This document shows positions 37,620 to 47,985 of a DNA stretch of 64,000 bases, piece by piece. A program made the position numbers and the translations under genes. The notes under the pieces were generated by a model, which made no database searches, had not been told where the DNA came from, and was given only the letters and a program-made list of their open reading frames with translations. Every line of letters starts with the position of its first letter. Position 1 is the stretch's first letter. This stretch comes from Candidatus Omnitrophota bacterium (GTDB taxonomy: Bacteria; Omnitrophota; Gorgyraeia; Zapsychrales; JANLHA01), in the NCBI GenBank assembly GCA_029560465.1, contig JAKQKX010000063.1, positions 3,796-67,795 of the forward strand. The letters run 5' to 3'.

Positions 37620-38438
37620 GTGAATAATCGATTGGTGATTATAGGTGGAGTGTTTGTTGGGGTTCTTGTGCTGTGGTTTAGTTTATCCCGGGGCAAGAAG
37701 CCGGAACCGGTCGCGCAGGCGGACCCGAAACAGGTCAATGTCGCCGAGTTGTATAAACGGGCGAGCGGGTTCGAAAAGAACGGCGACCACGTCAAGGCGC
37801 GGGTGATTTACCAGGAGATTTTAAAGAAGTATCCGGATTACGACAATATCATGAATGTCCAGAAAGACCTGGAAGAGCTGAATATGAACCTTATTTTCTC
37901 CACAACAACCGTGCCGGGGAAGACGTTGACGCATGAAGTGATGCCCGGAGACACGCTCGGCAAGATCGCCAAACGTTACGGTACGACGGTGGAGCTGATT
38001 AAAAAAAGCAACGCTTTAAAGAGCGACGTGATCCGGATCTCGCAGAAATTGCGTGTCTGGACCGGTCATTTTAATATATTCGTCGACAAATCACAGAATG
38101 TCCTGATTTTGAAAGACGGCGATGAAATTGTGAAGGTCTATCTCGTTTCCACCGGTGAGAATTCCAGCACGCCGGTGGGCACGTTTAAGATCACTTCAAA
38201 ATTGGTGGACCCGGTTTGGTTCAGCCGCGGGATCGTTGTCCCGCCGGAGAGCCCGGAAAATGTCCTGGGCACGCGGTGGATGGGGTTTGACCTTCCCGGG
38301 TACGGCATTCACGGCACGATCGAGCCGGAAACGATCGGGCAGGCGGTGACCGCGGGGTGCGTCCGCATGAGGAACGCGGACGTGGAAGAGCTCTATAGCC
38401 TGATCCCCATGGGGACCGAAGTGGTTATTGTCGACTAA
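37620..38438 (+). CDS. LysM-containing L,D-transpeptidase (YkuD family)
   Basis: HEVMPGDTLGKIAKRYG LysM; YGIHGT...GCVRM active site. Confidence 0.92.
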   Translation: MNNRLVIIGGVFVGVLVLWFSLSRGKKPEPVAQADPKQVNVAELYKRASGFEKNGDHVKARVIYQEILKKYPDYDNIMNVQKDLEELNMNLIFSTTTVPGKTLTHEVMPGDTLGKIAKRYGTTVELIKKSNALKSDVIRISQKLRVWTGHFNIFVDKSQNVLILKDGDEIVKVYLVSTGENSSTPVGTFKITSKLVDPVWFSRGIVVPPESPENVLGTRWMGFDLPGYGIHGTIEPETIGQAVTAGCVRMRNADVEELYSLIPMGTEVVIVD

Positions 38439-38486
38439 AGGCGTGAAGGACAGCGGGGTTTTTTTATAAGGAGCGGAAAGAGAGAC

Positions 38487-39473
38487 ATGAACGGCCTGGA
38501 TTTCGAAAAACCTATCATGGAATTGCAAGCGAAGATTGACCAGCTGAAAAGTTTCGGCACGAACAAGCGGATCAATATCGATCCCGAGATCAAAAAGTTG
38601 GAGCAGAAGCTGGAGAAGATGAAGCAGGCGATTTACAGCAACCTGACGGAATGGCAGCGGGTTCAGATCGCCCGGCATCCGGCCCGGCCTTACACGCTGG
38701 ACTATATTCATATGATCGCCTCTGATTTTGTCGAGATGCACGGGGACCGGCTGTTTTCCGACGACCAGGCCCTCCTGGGAGGGCTGGCCAGGATTGACCA
38801 GCACAAAGTCATGATTATCGGGCATCAGAAAGGGCGGGATATTAAGGAAAATATCATGCGGAATTTCGGTTGCGCCCATCCAGAGGGCTACCGCAAAGCC
38901 ATCCGCCTGATGCAGCTGGCCGGAAAATTTCAGTTGCCAATCATCACCCTGATTGACACGCCCGGGGCGTATCCCGGCATCGGCGCTGAAGAGCGCGGAC
39001 AGGCCCAGGCCATCGCCTCGAACCTTAAAGATATGTCTTTGATCCCTTCGCCGATCATCGCGATTGTTATCGGGGAAGGCGGCAGCGGCGGGGCCATCGG
39101 CATCGGCGTCGCCAACCGGGTTTACATTTTACAGAACGCGTATTATTCCGTCATTTCCCCGGAAGGCTGCGCTTCGATCCTTTGGCGCAACAGCGTGAAG
39201 GCGCCTGACGCCGCCAACGCGTTAAAGCTGACCGGCGAACATTTAAAAAAATTTGGCATTGTCGATGATATTATCCCGGAGCCGCCGGGCGGAGCGCATC
39301 ATGACCCCCAGTTCGTCGCGAAAAATATAAAGAAAGTCATTCTTAAGGCTATCAAGGAGTTATCCGCCAAATCCCGGGAGGAGCTGTTGGAGGACCGTTA
39401 TAATAAGTTCCGAAGCATCGGCGTATTCCTGGAGAACGGCGCGGCGGGCGCGGCTGACACCCCGGCTTCATGA
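38487..39473 (+). CDS. accA: Acetyl-CoA carboxylase carboxyltransferase alpha
   Basis: LDFEKPI, ARHP.RP, PEGYRKA, DTPGAYPG.GAEERGQ, GEGGSGGA. Confidence 0.97.
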   Translation: MNGLDFEKPIMELQAKIDQLKSFGTNKRINIDPEIKKLEQKLEKMKQAIYSNLTEWQRVQIARHPARPYTLDYIHMIASDFVEMHGDRLFSDDQALLGGLARIDQHKVMIIGHQKGRDIKENIMRNFGCAHPEGYRKAIRLMQLAGKFQLPIITLIDTPGAYPGIGAEERGQAQAIASNLKDMSLIPSPIIAIVIGEGGSGGAIGIGVANRVYILQNAYYSVISPEGCASILWRNSVKAPDAANALKLTGEHLKKFGIVDDIIPEPPGGAHHDPQFVAKNIKKVILKAIKELSAKSREELLEDRYNKFRSIGVFLENGAAGAADTPAS

Positions 39474-39575
39474 CGCCTCCCGGTAAGCCGGGCCTTATCC
39501 CCTCCCGCGTTTTTTCTGTTCGTTAACCATCACAGGCCGTAAGAGGAATCGAGAAGAGCGGCCTTTTAGAAAGCC

Positions 39576-40715
39576 ATGACTCAAGGGGAATTGTCCCATA
39601 AAGAGGATGTTCGGAATTTGTCCTTCGAGGACCTGAAGAGGTATTTGGAAGGCGCCGGGGAAAAAAGTTTTCGCGCGGATCAGGTTTTTGAGTGGATTTA
39701 TCAAAAGGGCGCCTGGTCGTTTGACGGCATGAGCAATTTGCCCAAGCCGCTCCGGGACAGGCTGGCGCGGGATTTTTATTGCCGCCCTTTTGTCTCTGTC
39801 CAGAAGCAGGTTTCCCCCGAAGGCACCACCAAATTTCTTTTCGAGCTTAATGATCATGAAAAAATTGAGAGCGTCCTGATCCCGGCCCAGGGACGGGCCA
39901 CGGCCTGTGTTTCCACCCAGGCGGGCTGCAAATTCGGCTGTAAATTCTGCGCCAGCGGCGTCGGCGGCTGGGTGAGAAATTTGACGTGCGCCGAGATCGT
40001 GACGCAGGTCCTGGGTGTAAGGGAAGAATCCCTCAAACATAAAAAGCCCCTGACGAACATTGTTTTTATGGGCACCGGCGAGCCGCTGGATAATTTTGAG
40101 AACCTCATGGCCGCCATCCGGATCATCAATTCCGACAAGGGCATGAACATCGGCGCCCGTCACATGACCGTTTCCACGGCGGGGCTGATCCCGGGGATGA
40201 AAGAGCTGGCCCAAGCGGGCCTGCAGGTCGAGCTGGCGGTTTCGCTGCACGGATATGATGATGAAACCCGAAGCTTCCTCATGCCGGTGAATAAAAAGTA
40301 TCCCCTGAAAGAACTGATGGCCGCCTGCCTGGAATACATCCGGGAAACGAACCGCCAGATCACTTTTGAATACATTTTAATCAGGAACCTGACCTGCACG
40401 GAAAAGGCCGCACGGGCTTTGGGGAAGTTGTTAAAAGGGATGCTTTGTAAAATGAACCTGATCCCGTACAACCCCGTCCCGGAATTTGATTATGAACCGC
40501 CTAATAAATTGGAATTGCTCGCCTTTACGACCCGCCTTTCGCAATTAGGGATTCACGCCACCGTCCGGATGCCGCGGGGCCGGGAGGTCCAGGCCGCCTG
40601 CGGGCAATTGCGGCAGGGGCCAACGCCGCCGCGCGCCCACGGGCCTGGCCGGGTGAGCCCGGCGCGGCCTTATGGCCGGAGGGGGCAGCGCGTTCCCCGG
40701 GGGAGGCGGGTATGA
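39576..40715 (+). CDS. rlmN: Dual-specificity RNA methyltransferase RlmN
   Basis: CVSTQAGCKFGCKFCASG, VFMGTGEPL, AACGQL. Confidence 0.95.
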   Translation: MTQGELSHKEDVRNLSFEDLKRYLEGAGEKSFRADQVFEWIYQKGAWSFDGMSNLPKPLRDRLARDFYCRPFVSVQKQVSPEGTTKFLFELNDHEKIESVLIPAQGRATACVSTQAGCKFGCKFCASGVGGWVRNLTCAEIVTQVLGVREESLKHKKPLTNIVFMGTGEPLDNFENLMAAIRIINSDKGMNIGARHMTVSTAGLIPGMKELAQAGLQVELAVSLHGYDDETRSFLMPVNKKYPLKELMAACLEYIRETNRQITFEYILIRNLTCTEKAARALGKLLKGMLCKMNLIPYNPVPEFDYEPPNKLELLAFTTRLSQLGIHATVRMPRGREVQAACGQLRQGPTPPRAHGPGRVSPARPYGRRGQRVPRGRRV

Positions 40716-42547
40716 AGAAGATCAAGGGGAAAAATAAGAAGAGCGCGGCCGTTTCCGAGAATTGGTGGACCCGGGTGTCCCGGGAGAAGGCCTTAGGGTT
40801 GGGGTTTATTTTCTTTGTGACGCTCCTGGCCTTCAGCAATATTTTTGGCAATCAGTTTGTCCTGGATGATTTTGATTTTATCGCACACTGGCCGTTGATC
40901 CGGGACCTGCGGAATTTTCCGCGTTTTTTTGTGGAGTATATCCCGCCGGACGGGCAGCCCGGCGTGTATTCTCCTCTTAAAACCCTCTGGCACGCGCTCA
41001 ATTTCCAGTTGTGGGGCCAGGAGGTTTTTGGGTATCACCTCGTTTCTCTTTTTATTCACGGCGCCGGGATTTGGCTTGTCTATCAGATCGCTTATGAATT
41101 GTTGCGGCGCAGGGACGTTTCTTTCTGGACGGCGCTTGTGTTCGCGGTGCATCCGGCCCATGTTGAAGCCGTCACGTTTATGACGGCCAGCGTGGACACC
41201 CTCGGGATCGTGTTTTTGTTCGCGAGTTTTTATTCTCATTTGCGGGCTAACCGGCGGGAAGGCCGGGTTCCGGTTTTCTGGAAAGGCGGGGCCGCGGAGG
41301 ACGAAAACAAACCGGCGGGCAGGCGCGGCCGGGAATCCGACGGCGTGCCGGGCCGGGACCGGGCCTGGGCGATTTGTTTTGCGGGTTTGGCGGTCTTCAG
41401 CCATGAGCTGGCGATTTCGCTGCCGTTATTGATTGTGTTTTATGAGCGGTTTTTTACGCGGCCCCGCCGGACATGGCGCGGCCTTGTGGCCTTGGTCTGG
41501 CCTTTTTTTATCATTGTCGCGGGGTATGTTTTATGCAAGTGGCGGGTGTTGGGGATGATCAACCGCGGCGGGTATGTCGCCGGCAGTTTTAGCCTGACCA
41601 TGGCGGTTATCGTCAAAGCCTGGGCGAAATACCTGGCCACACTTGTTTTTCCATTTCAATTGTCCCATAACCCGGTGATCGCGCCGGGGATTTTTGCTTT
41701 TGATCCGTCCGACTTTAATCCGTCCGCAGTCCTGGCGCAGTCTCTGACCGATAGGCACACGTTAGGGGCGCTGGCTGTTCTGGGGTTGCTGGCCCTTTGG
41801 GTGCTTCTCTCCTGGAAGAGCCGGCCGCTCATCGCGTTTGGCAGCGGATGGTTGTTTATCTCTCTGTTGCCGGGCGCCAATATCGTGCCCAGTTCGGTTT
41901 ATTTCGCGGAGCGGTATCTGTATCCCGGGTCCCTGGGTTTTTGCCTTGTGTTGGCCGCGGGGATTGTCCATTCCTTTCAGGCCGCGTCCAGTTCCAACCG
42001 GGCGTGGCTTAAAGGCGCGGCCGCCGCAGTCGCCGCGCTGATCGTCCTGTTCTACGGGGCCAGGACCTGGGCGCGCAACGCGGACTGGAAAGACAACCGC
42101 CGGCTGTATGAATCGACGGTGCGGATGAACCCCGAAAGCGCCGTGATGCACAGTAATCTGGGGATCGTGTACGCCCAGGAAGGGGAGTGGGACCTTGCCC
42201 TGAACGCCTTTCAAACCGCCATTGCTTTGAAACCGGACGACGCGCATTTTTATTTCGCCGTGGCCCCGGTGTATTTAGAGAAAGGGCTTCCGGACCACGC
42301 GATCGCCGCTTACCGGAAGGCCATCGTTTTAAACCCCAATTTTGCCGAAGCGTATTTTAACCTGGCCGGCGTGTACGCCCAGCTCGGGGATGAGGATGAG
42401 GTCCGGGGCAATCTGAATCAGTCCATGTGGCTTTTTAAGCGGCAGGGCCGCGTCCTGGAAGCGGGCATGCTGCTTCAGCATATCGACTCGGTTCTGCAAT
42501 CCCCGCCCGGGACGGGTCAGGACATTTTAACCCAGGGGCTTTTTTAA
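40712..42547 (+). CDS. TMTC-like membrane glycosyltransferase with C-terminal TPRs
   Basis: FVLDD loop motif, FAVHPAHVEAV, AERYLY, RNADW, TPR repeats. Confidence 0.85.
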   Translation: MKKIKGKNKKSAAVSENWWTRVSREKALGLGFIFFVTLLAFSNIFGNQFVLDDFDFIAHWPLIRDLRNFPRFFVEYIPPDGQPGVYSPLKTLWHALNFQLWGQEVFGYHLVSLFIHGAGIWLVYQIAYELLRRRDVSFWTALVFAVHPAHVEAVTFMTASVDTLGIVFLFASFYSHLRANRREGRVPVFWKGGAAEDENKPAGRRGRESDGVPGRDRAWAICFAGLAVFSHELAISLPLLIVFYERFFTRPRRTWRGLVALVWPFFIIVAGYVLCKWRVLGMINRGGYVAGSFSLTMAVIVKAWAKYLATLVFPFQLSHNPVIAPGIFAFDPSDFNPSAVLAQSLTDRHTLGALAVLGLLALWVLLSWKSRPLIAFGSGWLFISLLPGANIVPSSVYFAERYLYPGSLGFCLVLAAGIVHSFQAASSSNRAWLKGAAAAVAALIVLFYGARTWARNADWKDNRRLYESTVRMNPESAVMHSNLGIVYAQEGEWDLALNAFQTAIALKPDDAHFYFAVAPVYLEKGLPDHAIAAYRKAIVLNPNFAEAYFNLAGVYAQLGDEDEVRGNLNQSMWLFKRQGRVLEAGMLLQHIDSVLQSPPGTGQDILTQGLF

Positions 42548-43245
42548 TGCTTGAGCTGTCCGTCGTGATCCCTGTTTATAATTCCAAAAAGTTTATCGTC
42601 CCCGCCGTGGAGGAACTGACCGCATTGTGCGACCGGCAGGAATGGGCCTATGAAATTTTGCTGCGGGATGACGGCAGCTCCGATGATAGCGCCGGCGTCC
42701 TGCGCCTCCTTTCAGGGAAACACCCCCGGGTGCGGTGCGTGTTTAATGAGAGGAACCGGGGGCTGGGGTTTACGTTAAGGCGGTTGTTTGAAGAAGCGAA
42801 GGGCCGGACCGTGGTGTATTGCGACGTCGATCTTCCTTTTGGCGTCGGCGTCTTCCGTGACCTGGTCGCTTTGAATAAAAAACATGACCTGGTTGTCGTG
42901 TCCCGCTACCTTTCTGCGAAGCAGGGCCGTATTCCGTTTTTGCGCAAGGCGGTCAGCCGGCTGTATTTTGGGCTTTGCCGGATGCTTTTTCAGGTTCGGG
43001 TTTTTGACATCGGCTCCGGGACGGTCGCTTTCTCCCGCGAGGCGTTAACGCGGATTCCGCTGCACGCGGACGGCTTCGATATTCATATCGAAATCATGAC
43101 CGCGTTTCATAACCATGGTTGTTCTATCCTCGAGATCCCTGCCCCTTATTCTGAGAAAGGGCCCGGGACATTTTCCATCCTCCGTCACGGCCCCCGGGTC
43201 GTCATCGACACGGTGCGCCTGTGGCGTAAAAGTTTTAAGAAGTGA
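42547..43245 (+). CDS. GT2 glycosyltransferase (DPM1-like)
   Basis: LSVVIPVYN, DDGSSD, CDVD. Confidence 0.9.
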   Translation: MLELSVVIPVYNSKKFIVPAVEELTALCDRQEWAYEILLRDDGSSDDSAGVLRLLSGKHPRVRCVFNERNRGLGFTLRRLFEEAKGRTVVYCDVDLPFGVGVFRDLVALNKKHDLVVVSRYLSAKQGRIPFLRKAVSRLYFGLCRMLFQVRVFDIGSGTVAFSREALTRIPLHADGFDIHIEIMTAFHNHGCSILEIPAPYSEKGPGTFSILRHGPRVVIDTVRLWRKSFKK

Positions 43246-43294
43246 ATCGTGACGGATTGCCTCCTGGAAGCAACAGACAAAACCGTAAAAAATT

Positions 43295-43870
43295 TTAGGG
43301 CAGTTGGATATGTTTCTGGGTGAAGGTCTTGATGATTTCCTTGATCTTCGGATGCTGGAGCAGGCGCTGGAAGTCTGGGTTTTGCTGGATCGTCCCCGGG
43401 TCTAGCGTCGAGAGGTCTTTCATGAGGTTGCTGTCCTGGATGATTTTCACTACGTCCGGATCCGTCATCAAATCCTGGATAAGCGTCAGGATTTGCGGAT
43501 CGCTCATCAGCGTCTGTTGCACCGCCTGCAGGGCGTCCGGGGAATTAAGAATCTGCGTCCCCGGGGAAAGGTTGCCGCCCAGGATCGGCAGGCGCGCGGG
43601 CGCTTCTTCCTTCCGCTGAAAATTTCCTGAAGAGATGCTTTGAATGTCTGCCGGGTTGACGCGGATTTCCCCCAGGTGCTCGGTCTGGATGATATAGGCC
43701 CCGTTCTGCACGGAAACCAATCTTCCCCGGATAAGCGTGCCGTCATTTAAAGAGATAAACTGCAGGGGAACGGAAGATGTGTCGCCTTCGGCCGCGGCCG
43801 GCAGAGGGAGGAGAGAGAAAAACATGGGCAGAAGGAATACCGTAATAATTTTCAGTAAACGGTTATTCAT
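43295..43870 (-). CDS. Hypothetical secreted protein (STI1-like tail)
   Basis: Signal peptide; LNDGTLIRG; LMSDP/LMTDP repeats. Confidence 0.7.
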   Translation of the reverse strand: MNNRLLKIITVFLLPMFFSLLPLPAAAEGDTSSVPLQFISLNDGTLIRGRLVSVQNGAYIIQTEHLGEIRVNPADIQSISSGNFQRKEEAPARLPILGGNLSPGTQILNSPDALQAVQQTLMSDPQILTLIQDLMTDPDVVKIIQDSNLMKDLSTLDPGTIQQNPDFQRLLQHPKIKEIIKTFTQKHIQLP

Positions 43871-43959
43871 GAGTAATAGTTTAGCATTGAATCATGAGGT
43901 AAGCAATGCTGGGGTTAGCCGGGGTTTTTTAGGTGTTGCCGGCGGCCGGCGTGAAAGTG

Positions 43960-45492
43960 TCATTCTTTTATGACCCGGTAAAGTTTTTCCACGCCGATGC
44001 GCAGCCGGGTGGCGCCCTGGTGCCAGTCTTCCGAAAGGGTTTCTCCCTGGTATTCGAGCCGGTAGTGCGTTTTCATGAATTTGGAAAACCGCTGTCCCGG
44101 GTCATAACTGAGCAACCCCGAAGAGGTGATATAGACCGGGACGCCGTCCTGGAGCAGCCCGTCCAGCCGGGCCTGGAAATCTTTCAGGTCCGCCGGCGTG
44201 ATGAAGAAAGGGTCGTTGGGCCGGCGCAGCATATCCCTGCGGCCGTAATAAATGATAAACGGGAATTCGTCCCCGCAGATGATTTTAGCCGCGGGTTCGG
44301 TGCGCCTTCCCACGAAACGGGCGAAGTCAGGCAGCAGCGCATGCCGGTGGCGGAAACGCAGGATCGGGTGAATGTTCACGAACATGGTGACAACGATGAG
44401 GGCGAACGCAAATTGAGTGAGCAGCCGGAAACGGGCGTTGGGGAAGCTTTTAAGATGAGAAAAGAAGGCCCCGGCGCAGATCATCAGCGGGATGATGGCG
44501 ATGAGGATGAACCTGGGCGTTGTCATGGCGAGGTTCCCGAGAAAGAGAAGCGGCCAGAAGAACCACGCGCCCAGGAAGGCGGCCGATAGCCGCTGTTTGT
44601 TTTTAATCAAGAGGAGGAACCCCAGCAGGGCGGCGATGACGCCGAAGGGAGTCATGCTGAAAAAGATGACTTGGAAACTGTCGCCTAAAGCCGGGGACAG
44701 GAAGCCCAAAAAGTTTGGCGTCGTGCTGGCGGCCCAATATCGTTTAAGCTGGCTGCAATATCCGTTTTGGGCGGATAAGATGAAAAGCGGAAGGTGAAAA
44801 AGGAGCGCGGTTACGCCGGAGCCGAGCCAAAGAAAAAAGAAGTCGCTTGAGAACCGGCGGCAGGCTGTCTTGGTGTCCGGCCTCGGGCCGCCGGTTCTGG
44901 ATGCCAGGGCTCCCAGAAGGATTGAGACGGGCGCGGTCATGAGCGCGAATTCCTGAATCCGGGACGCGCCCATGCAGCCCAGCCAGAAAGCACTTGAGGC
45001 GATGTCCCTGATGGCCCGGGTTTCTTTGTATTGGAGGAGCGATAAAAGGCCGAAATGCAGGAACAATAGGCTGGGAACATGGCTCATCCCGTACGTCGAT
45101 ATTCCTAAAAAGACGGGGAACACCGACAACAACAGCGCGCTGTATATCGCCGCCGGGCGGTTGAGAAGTTTTTGAACAACCAGGTAATGGACCGGTACTG
45201 TTATGGAGCTAATGACCACACTCATGAGGTTGACGGCCAGGACCGGATCGGCGTTGCCGGCAAGCTGTGTCAGCGCCAAAAAGAGGGCGCCCAGGAGAAC
45301 CGTCAGGGGGTAGCCTGTCCCGAAAACGTACTGGGGCTGGAGCAACTGAAGGGTACGCTCCGCCTGGATAGCCAGGGAAAGGCAGTCTCCGTTAAAAGGG
45401 CCCCGGCTGATCACCGATAACCGTAACAGCAAATTCAGCCCTCCTAATAAAAGAGGGATCATCGCGGGATGGAAGGGGGGGCGGGTTTTCAT
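43960..45492 (-). CDS. GT-C (ArnT/PMT-like) membrane glycosyltransferase, paralog 2
   Basis: Many TM helices; GYPL, PRF, EDWHQG shared with its neighbour. Confidence 0.75.
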   Translation of the reverse strand: MKTRPPFHPAMIPLLLGGLNLLLRLSVISRGPFNGDCLSLAIQAERTLQLLQPQYVFGTGYPLTVLLGALFLALTQLAGNADPVLAVNLMSVVISSITVPVHYLVVQKLLNRPAAIYSALLLSVFPVFLGISTYGMSHVPSLLFLHFGLLSLLQYKETRAIRDIASSAFWLGCMGASRIQEFALMTAPVSILLGALASRTGGPRPDTKTACRRFSSDFFFLWLGSGVTALLFHLPLFILSAQNGYCSQLKRYWAASTTPNFLGFLSPALGDSFQVIFFSMTPFGVIAALLGFLLLIKNKQRLSAAFLGAWFFWPLLFLGNLAMTTPRFILIAIIPLMICAGAFFSHLKSFPNARFRLLTQFAFALIVVTMFVNIHPILRFRHRHALLPDFARFVGRRTEPAAKIICGDEFPFIIYYGRRDMLRRPNDPFFITPADLKDFQARLDGLLQDGVPVYITSSGLLSYDPGQRFSKFMKTHYRLEYQGETLSEDWHQGATRLRIGVEKLYRVIKE

Positions 45493-47051
45493 TCGTTGAC
45501 GATCCTGTAAACAGCCACCGGGTAAATAAACTGGTACATCGCGCCCCGGTGCCAGTCTTCATAGAGTTTTTCCCCGATGCAGATAAGGGAATAATTCTCC
45601 TTTAGAAAGTCCGTGAACTGGCGCCCGGGGTTGTGGGCGGACATGGTGATGTAATTGATATAGACTTCATGCCCGTTGGCGAGAGCCTGGTCGATTTTTT
45701 GTTTGAAAAGATCGAGGTCCGCCGCGGAATAAGGGGCCTGGACCTTTAAAGGGAGCCGCAGCAACTCCGGGCCGTTATAGTAACGCAGGAAATCCCCTTC
45801 ATCGCCGGGAATCATCACGGCCCCCGGCGCGGCCTGGTCATTGAGCCAGCGGACATAATCGGGTAACAGCGCGTAACGGTGCTGGTAGTCTAAAACGGGG
45901 TAGACGCGGTAGAAACACAGCCAGGCCAGAAGGATGGTGATAAGGACGGTCATGGTTTTAAAATATCCTTTAGGCTGCCGGTAAAGTGAGGCCAGGGCCG
46001 CTCCCGCCAGGATATAGAGCGCCGGCAAGGCGCATAAAAAGAAACGGGGCATGACGATATCCAGACGGCTGAACACCAAAAACGGGACCGCGTACCAGGC
46101 GATCAAAAACGTAACTAAAGGTTTATTTACTCTATATATAATAACATGGCCCAGGGCGATAAGCACGAGGCCGAGCGGCGAAAAATTATCGGCCCAATAA
46201 ATCAGGGAGAGGAGAAGATAGCGGACGGACAGGATGTCCAGCCGGCTGAAGATTTCAAAGTCCCAGAAAGAGCGCAGGCCAGGGCCGGGTGCTTTCGCGG
46301 TCAGCGGCAGGTAAAATAATCCGATGATAATGAACGCGATTGTCAAGGCCGCTTTAATCCGTAAGCCCGGTGATTTTGCCGGCGGGGGTTCTTGCGGGGA
46401 CAGGGGAAGGTGAAACAGGACCAGGACCGCGGGCAGCAGGGTGATAAAATCCTGGAGGCGGGCCGCGCCCCATAAGCCCAGCGCGATTCCAGCGGCCAGC
46501 AGCCCTCCGGCGCGGAGGCGTGTTTTAACCTGAAGAATAATGAGCAGGCTGAACAAGCATAAGAACAGGCTTAGGACGGGCGTGTTGCCGAACACGGACA
46601 GGCTCAAGAAAATCGGGCTGGCCGAAAACAGCAGGCTGCTTATAACCGCCGTGGTTGGGTCAACAAGTTTTTTGGTGATGATAAAAAAAAGCGGGACACA
46701 AAGCGCGCTGACGAACACGCTCATCCCGTTTACCGCGGTCACGGCGTCGTAAGCGGTGAAGACCCGCGCCAGCCAGGCGCTGGAGGCGGCGATCATGGCG
46801 CTCAAGGGGAACCCGTGGCTGTGGAGGTAATGCAGTGAGCCGGTCTTAAGCGTGAGTTCGGCCTGATAGGCCATGGTGACGCAGTCCAGATGATAGGGCC
46901 CTTTGCTGATTAGAGAGAGGCGCAGCAGAAGGTTGCCGATAAAAAGAGTCACAGGAATAAAGGCGGATCGTAAAAGGCGCATCACGGATAGGTTTAAAGG
47001 GCGCGTGGCCCGGTTGTTTTCATCGGCGCGGCTTAAAGGATCGTTGAACAT
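45489..47051 (-). CDS. GT-C (ArnT/PMT-like) membrane glycosyltransferase, paralog 1
   Basis: LLRLSLISKGP..DC...A.QAE.TL, HGFPL, PRF, EDWHRG. Confidence 0.75.
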   Translation of the reverse strand: MFNDPLSRADENNRATRPLNLSVMRLLRSAFIPVTLFIGNLLLRLSLISKGPYHLDCVTMAYQAELTLKTGSLHYLHSHGFPLSAMIAASSAWLARVFTAYDAVTAVNGMSVFVSALCVPLFFIITKKLVDPTTAVISSLLFSASPIFLSLSVFGNTPVLSLFLCLFSLLIILQVKTRLRAGGLLAAGIALGLWGAARLQDFITLLPAVLVLFHLPLSPQEPPPAKSPGLRIKAALTIAFIIIGLFYLPLTAKAPGPGLRSFWDFEIFSRLDILSVRYLLLSLIYWADNFSPLGLVLIALGHVIIYRVNKPLVTFLIAWYAVPFLVFSRLDIVMPRFFLCALPALYILAGAALASLYRQPKGYFKTMTVLITILLAWLCFYRVYPVLDYQHRYALLPDYVRWLNDQAAPGAVMIPGDEGDFLRYYNGPELLRLPLKVQAPYSAADLDLFKQKIDQALANGHEVYINYITMSAHNPGRQFTDFLKENYSLICIGEKLYEDWHRGAMYQFIYPVAVYRIVNE

Positions 47052-47222
47052 TTACCACTTTAAGTTACCATAAAATCATGAGGCACGGAACCGAAAAATT
47101 GACCAGTTTGTGCCGGAGTTGTGTCAACAAAGGGCCGACAGGGTACGGGGCGCATCGGCCCTCCACGGTTGAAGATGATGATTTATCCCGCAAAGATACT
47201 TGGGCATATTTCCCGGCAATAC

Positions 47223-47251
47223 TTGACAATACTTATATGACTAAATATGCT
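47223..47251 (+). promoter_or_regulatory. Sigma70 promoter of the TA module
   Basis: TTGACA-17-TATGCT, followed by a GGAGG SD. Confidence 0.7.
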
Positions 47252-47270
47252 TTAGTGGGAGGTGAGAAAA

Positions 47271-47492
47271 ATGATGAAACCAATAAGTCTTAAAATAGAA
47301 GAAGATCAACTGAAATTGTTAGAGGCCGTTTCCGCTGAAACACATATCCCAAAGTCAACACTGATACGGGAAGGGCTTGATTTTGTCATCCGCCAGCATA
47401 GGGAAGATATTGTTTCCGCGGATCTGCAAAAAGAAATTCATGCCCTTATTGATGAGGATAAAGATTTGCTGAAGAAATTGGCAAAGGCATGA
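47271..47492 (+). CDS. Ribbon-helix-helix antitoxin
   Basis: KPISLKIEE...L..VS.ET.IPKS.LIREG; ATGA overlap with doc. Confidence 0.8.
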   Translation: MMKPISLKIEEDQLKLLEAVSAETHIPKSTLIREGLDFVIRQHREDIVSADLQKEIHALIDEDKDLLKKLAKA

Positions 47493-47875
47493 AATATCTT
47501 TACCCGAAGCAAGTCATTTATCTGCATAAACAAATCATATCAGAAACCGGTGGAACGCAGGGCGTCAGAGATAGGGGGCTTTTAGAGTCCGCTGTTTATC
47601 GGCCGCAGGCTTCTTTTGGCGGGCGTGACCTTTATCCGGATCTTTATTCAAAAACCGCTGTGTTGTGTTATTTCATAATTCATAATTATCCTTTTGTCGA
47701 TGGGAATAAACGGGTGGGGTACGAAGGAATGCGCCTGATGTTAAGAGTCAATGGTTATGATATCAACGCCTCTCCAAAAGAGAAATTTGAATTTATTATG
47801 AGTATCGCAAAAGGAGAAATGAACGAACGGAATATTGCTTATTGGATAAGCACGCACAGTTCAACGATCGGTTAA
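47489..47875 (+). CDS. doc: Death-on-curing (Doc/Fic) toxin with the catalytic His replaced by Tyr
   Basis: GVRDRGLLESAV.RP...LYPD; motif NYPFVDGNKR instead of NHPFxDGNKR. Confidence 0.88.
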   Translation: MKYLYPKQVIYLHKQIISETGGTQGVRDRGLLESAVYRPQASFGGRDLYPDLYSKTAVLCYFIIHNYPFVDGNKRVGYEGMRLMLRVNGYDINASPKEKFEFIMSIAKGEMNERNIAYWISTHSSTIG

Positions 47876-47985
47876 CGAGTGTTTTTTATGGTGGCGAGAG
47901 ACTGTTATGCTGCCCCTTAAGCCGGGTTGTGTGTCGGGATGGGAGATTAAAAAATAACTTGTCGTTGAGGAAAAATAAAATTAAG

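Noticed and set aside
40615-40715. Arg/Pro-rich C-terminal extension of RlmN
   Set aside because: Likely stop-codon drift through GC-rich intergenic DNA; the catalytic core is complete.
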